Origin: Nigerium sp.
GTDB taxonomy: Bacteria; Actinomycetota; Actinomycetes; Propionibacteriales; Propionibacteriaceae
Length of the DNA: 64,000 nucleotides
Assembly (NCBI GenBank): GCA_016711325.1
Contig: JADJTH010000005.1
Span: 7,524-71,523, forward strand
Direction: 5' to 3'
Part shown: positions 63,642-64,000 of the stretch, one piece after another
Numbering within the stretch: the first letter of the stretch is position 1
How the letters are laid out: each line of letters starts with the position of its first letter
The notes under the pieces: generated by a model
What the model was told of the DNA's origin: nothing
Database searches by the model: none
Seen by the model: the letters and a program-made list of their open reading frames with translations, nothing else
Position numbers and translations under genes: made by a program

Positions 63642-64000
63642 ATGACCGAGGTCGGCTACGCGCGAGCTCGACGCGCGACCAGAACCCCGGCTCTCAGGTC
63701 GAGGAGCTGCGCGCTGCGGGATGCGGGCGGGTGTTCGTCGACCACGGATGGTCGAGTCGGATCGAGGACCGTCCGGAGTGGATCAGGTGCATGGATTACC
63801 TGAGGTCAGGCGACACGCTCGTCATCACGGCGCTCGATCGCATCGCGGGATCGGAGGTCATGGCCATCGAGCTGATCCGCGATCTAGGCCGTCGCGGCAT
63901 CCGTCTGCGCAGCCTGACCGAGCCGTTCCTCGACGTCGACACCAGCACTCCGATGGGTGAGGCGATCGTCGGGATCATGGCGGTGCTCGCCCAGCTGCGC
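63642..64000 (+). pseudogene. serine recombinase (resolvase/invertase family), 3' end outside window, apparent frameshift at the catalytic-Ser motif
   Basis: ATG 63642 (RBS GGAGTAGGA). MTEVGYAR, then the frame breaks near 63666-63668. The next frame reads STRDQNPGSQVEELRAAGCGRVFVDHGWSS...GDTLVITALDRIAGS...LTEPFLDVDTSTPMGEAIVGIMAVLAQL. Confidence 0.7.

Overview
High-GC actinobacterial-type chromosomal window, densely coding, with many ATGA/GTGA start-stop overlaps. No taxon is claimed. No rRNA genes or CRISPR arrays were seen. Many long ORFs in the six-frame track are antisense or out-of-frame artefacts of the high GC content. Contents in order: (1) 0.4-9.5 kb: minus-strand heme-acquisition locus with hmuT, hmuU/hmuV remnants fused by an internal deletion, three secreted surface proteins (one clear HtaA-domain protein), a DUF916-like protein and heme oxygenase, with IdeR/DtxR-like boxes in the promoter region. 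(2) 9.7-20.5 kb: housekeeping genes: MFS exporter, DUF3618, bcp, YcaQ-like wHTH protein, SulP, tRNA-Lys(CTT), gatD-murT and metNIQ. (3) 20.8-26.4 kb: SOS mutasome cassette imuA'-imuB-dnaE2 behind a perfect LexA box. (4) 26.5-32.4 kb: pcm, hydrolase, flavodoxin, AI-2E transporter, Phd/VapC toxin-antitoxin, and a di-iron protein with a ligand-less paralog. (5) 32.5-50.5 kb: supercluster for molybdate uptake (modE-like, modABC), Moco biosynthesis (mog, moaC, moeA, moeB, moaE, mobA, moaD, moaA) and respiratory nitrate reductase (narGHJI plus two narK). (6) 50.5-57.9 kb: regulators and iron/redox genes (ArsR-type regulator, HAD, FMN reductase, siderophore-interacting protein with an IdeR box, VanZ/RDD, VIT1) and an IclR-controlled FucU-SDR-MFS module. 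(7) 58-64 kb: decaying accessory edge with a frameshifted MFS gene, an IS21-family element (about 90-bp terminal IRs, ATAT target duplication) carrying multiple frameshifts and a nested IS3-family insertion, and a partial serine recombinase. Most notable observations: the unusual domain make-up of the heme locus, the hmuU-hmuV deletion, the catalytic/degenerate di-iron pair, shared operator motifs, and about 10 single-base indels confined to the last 6 kb.
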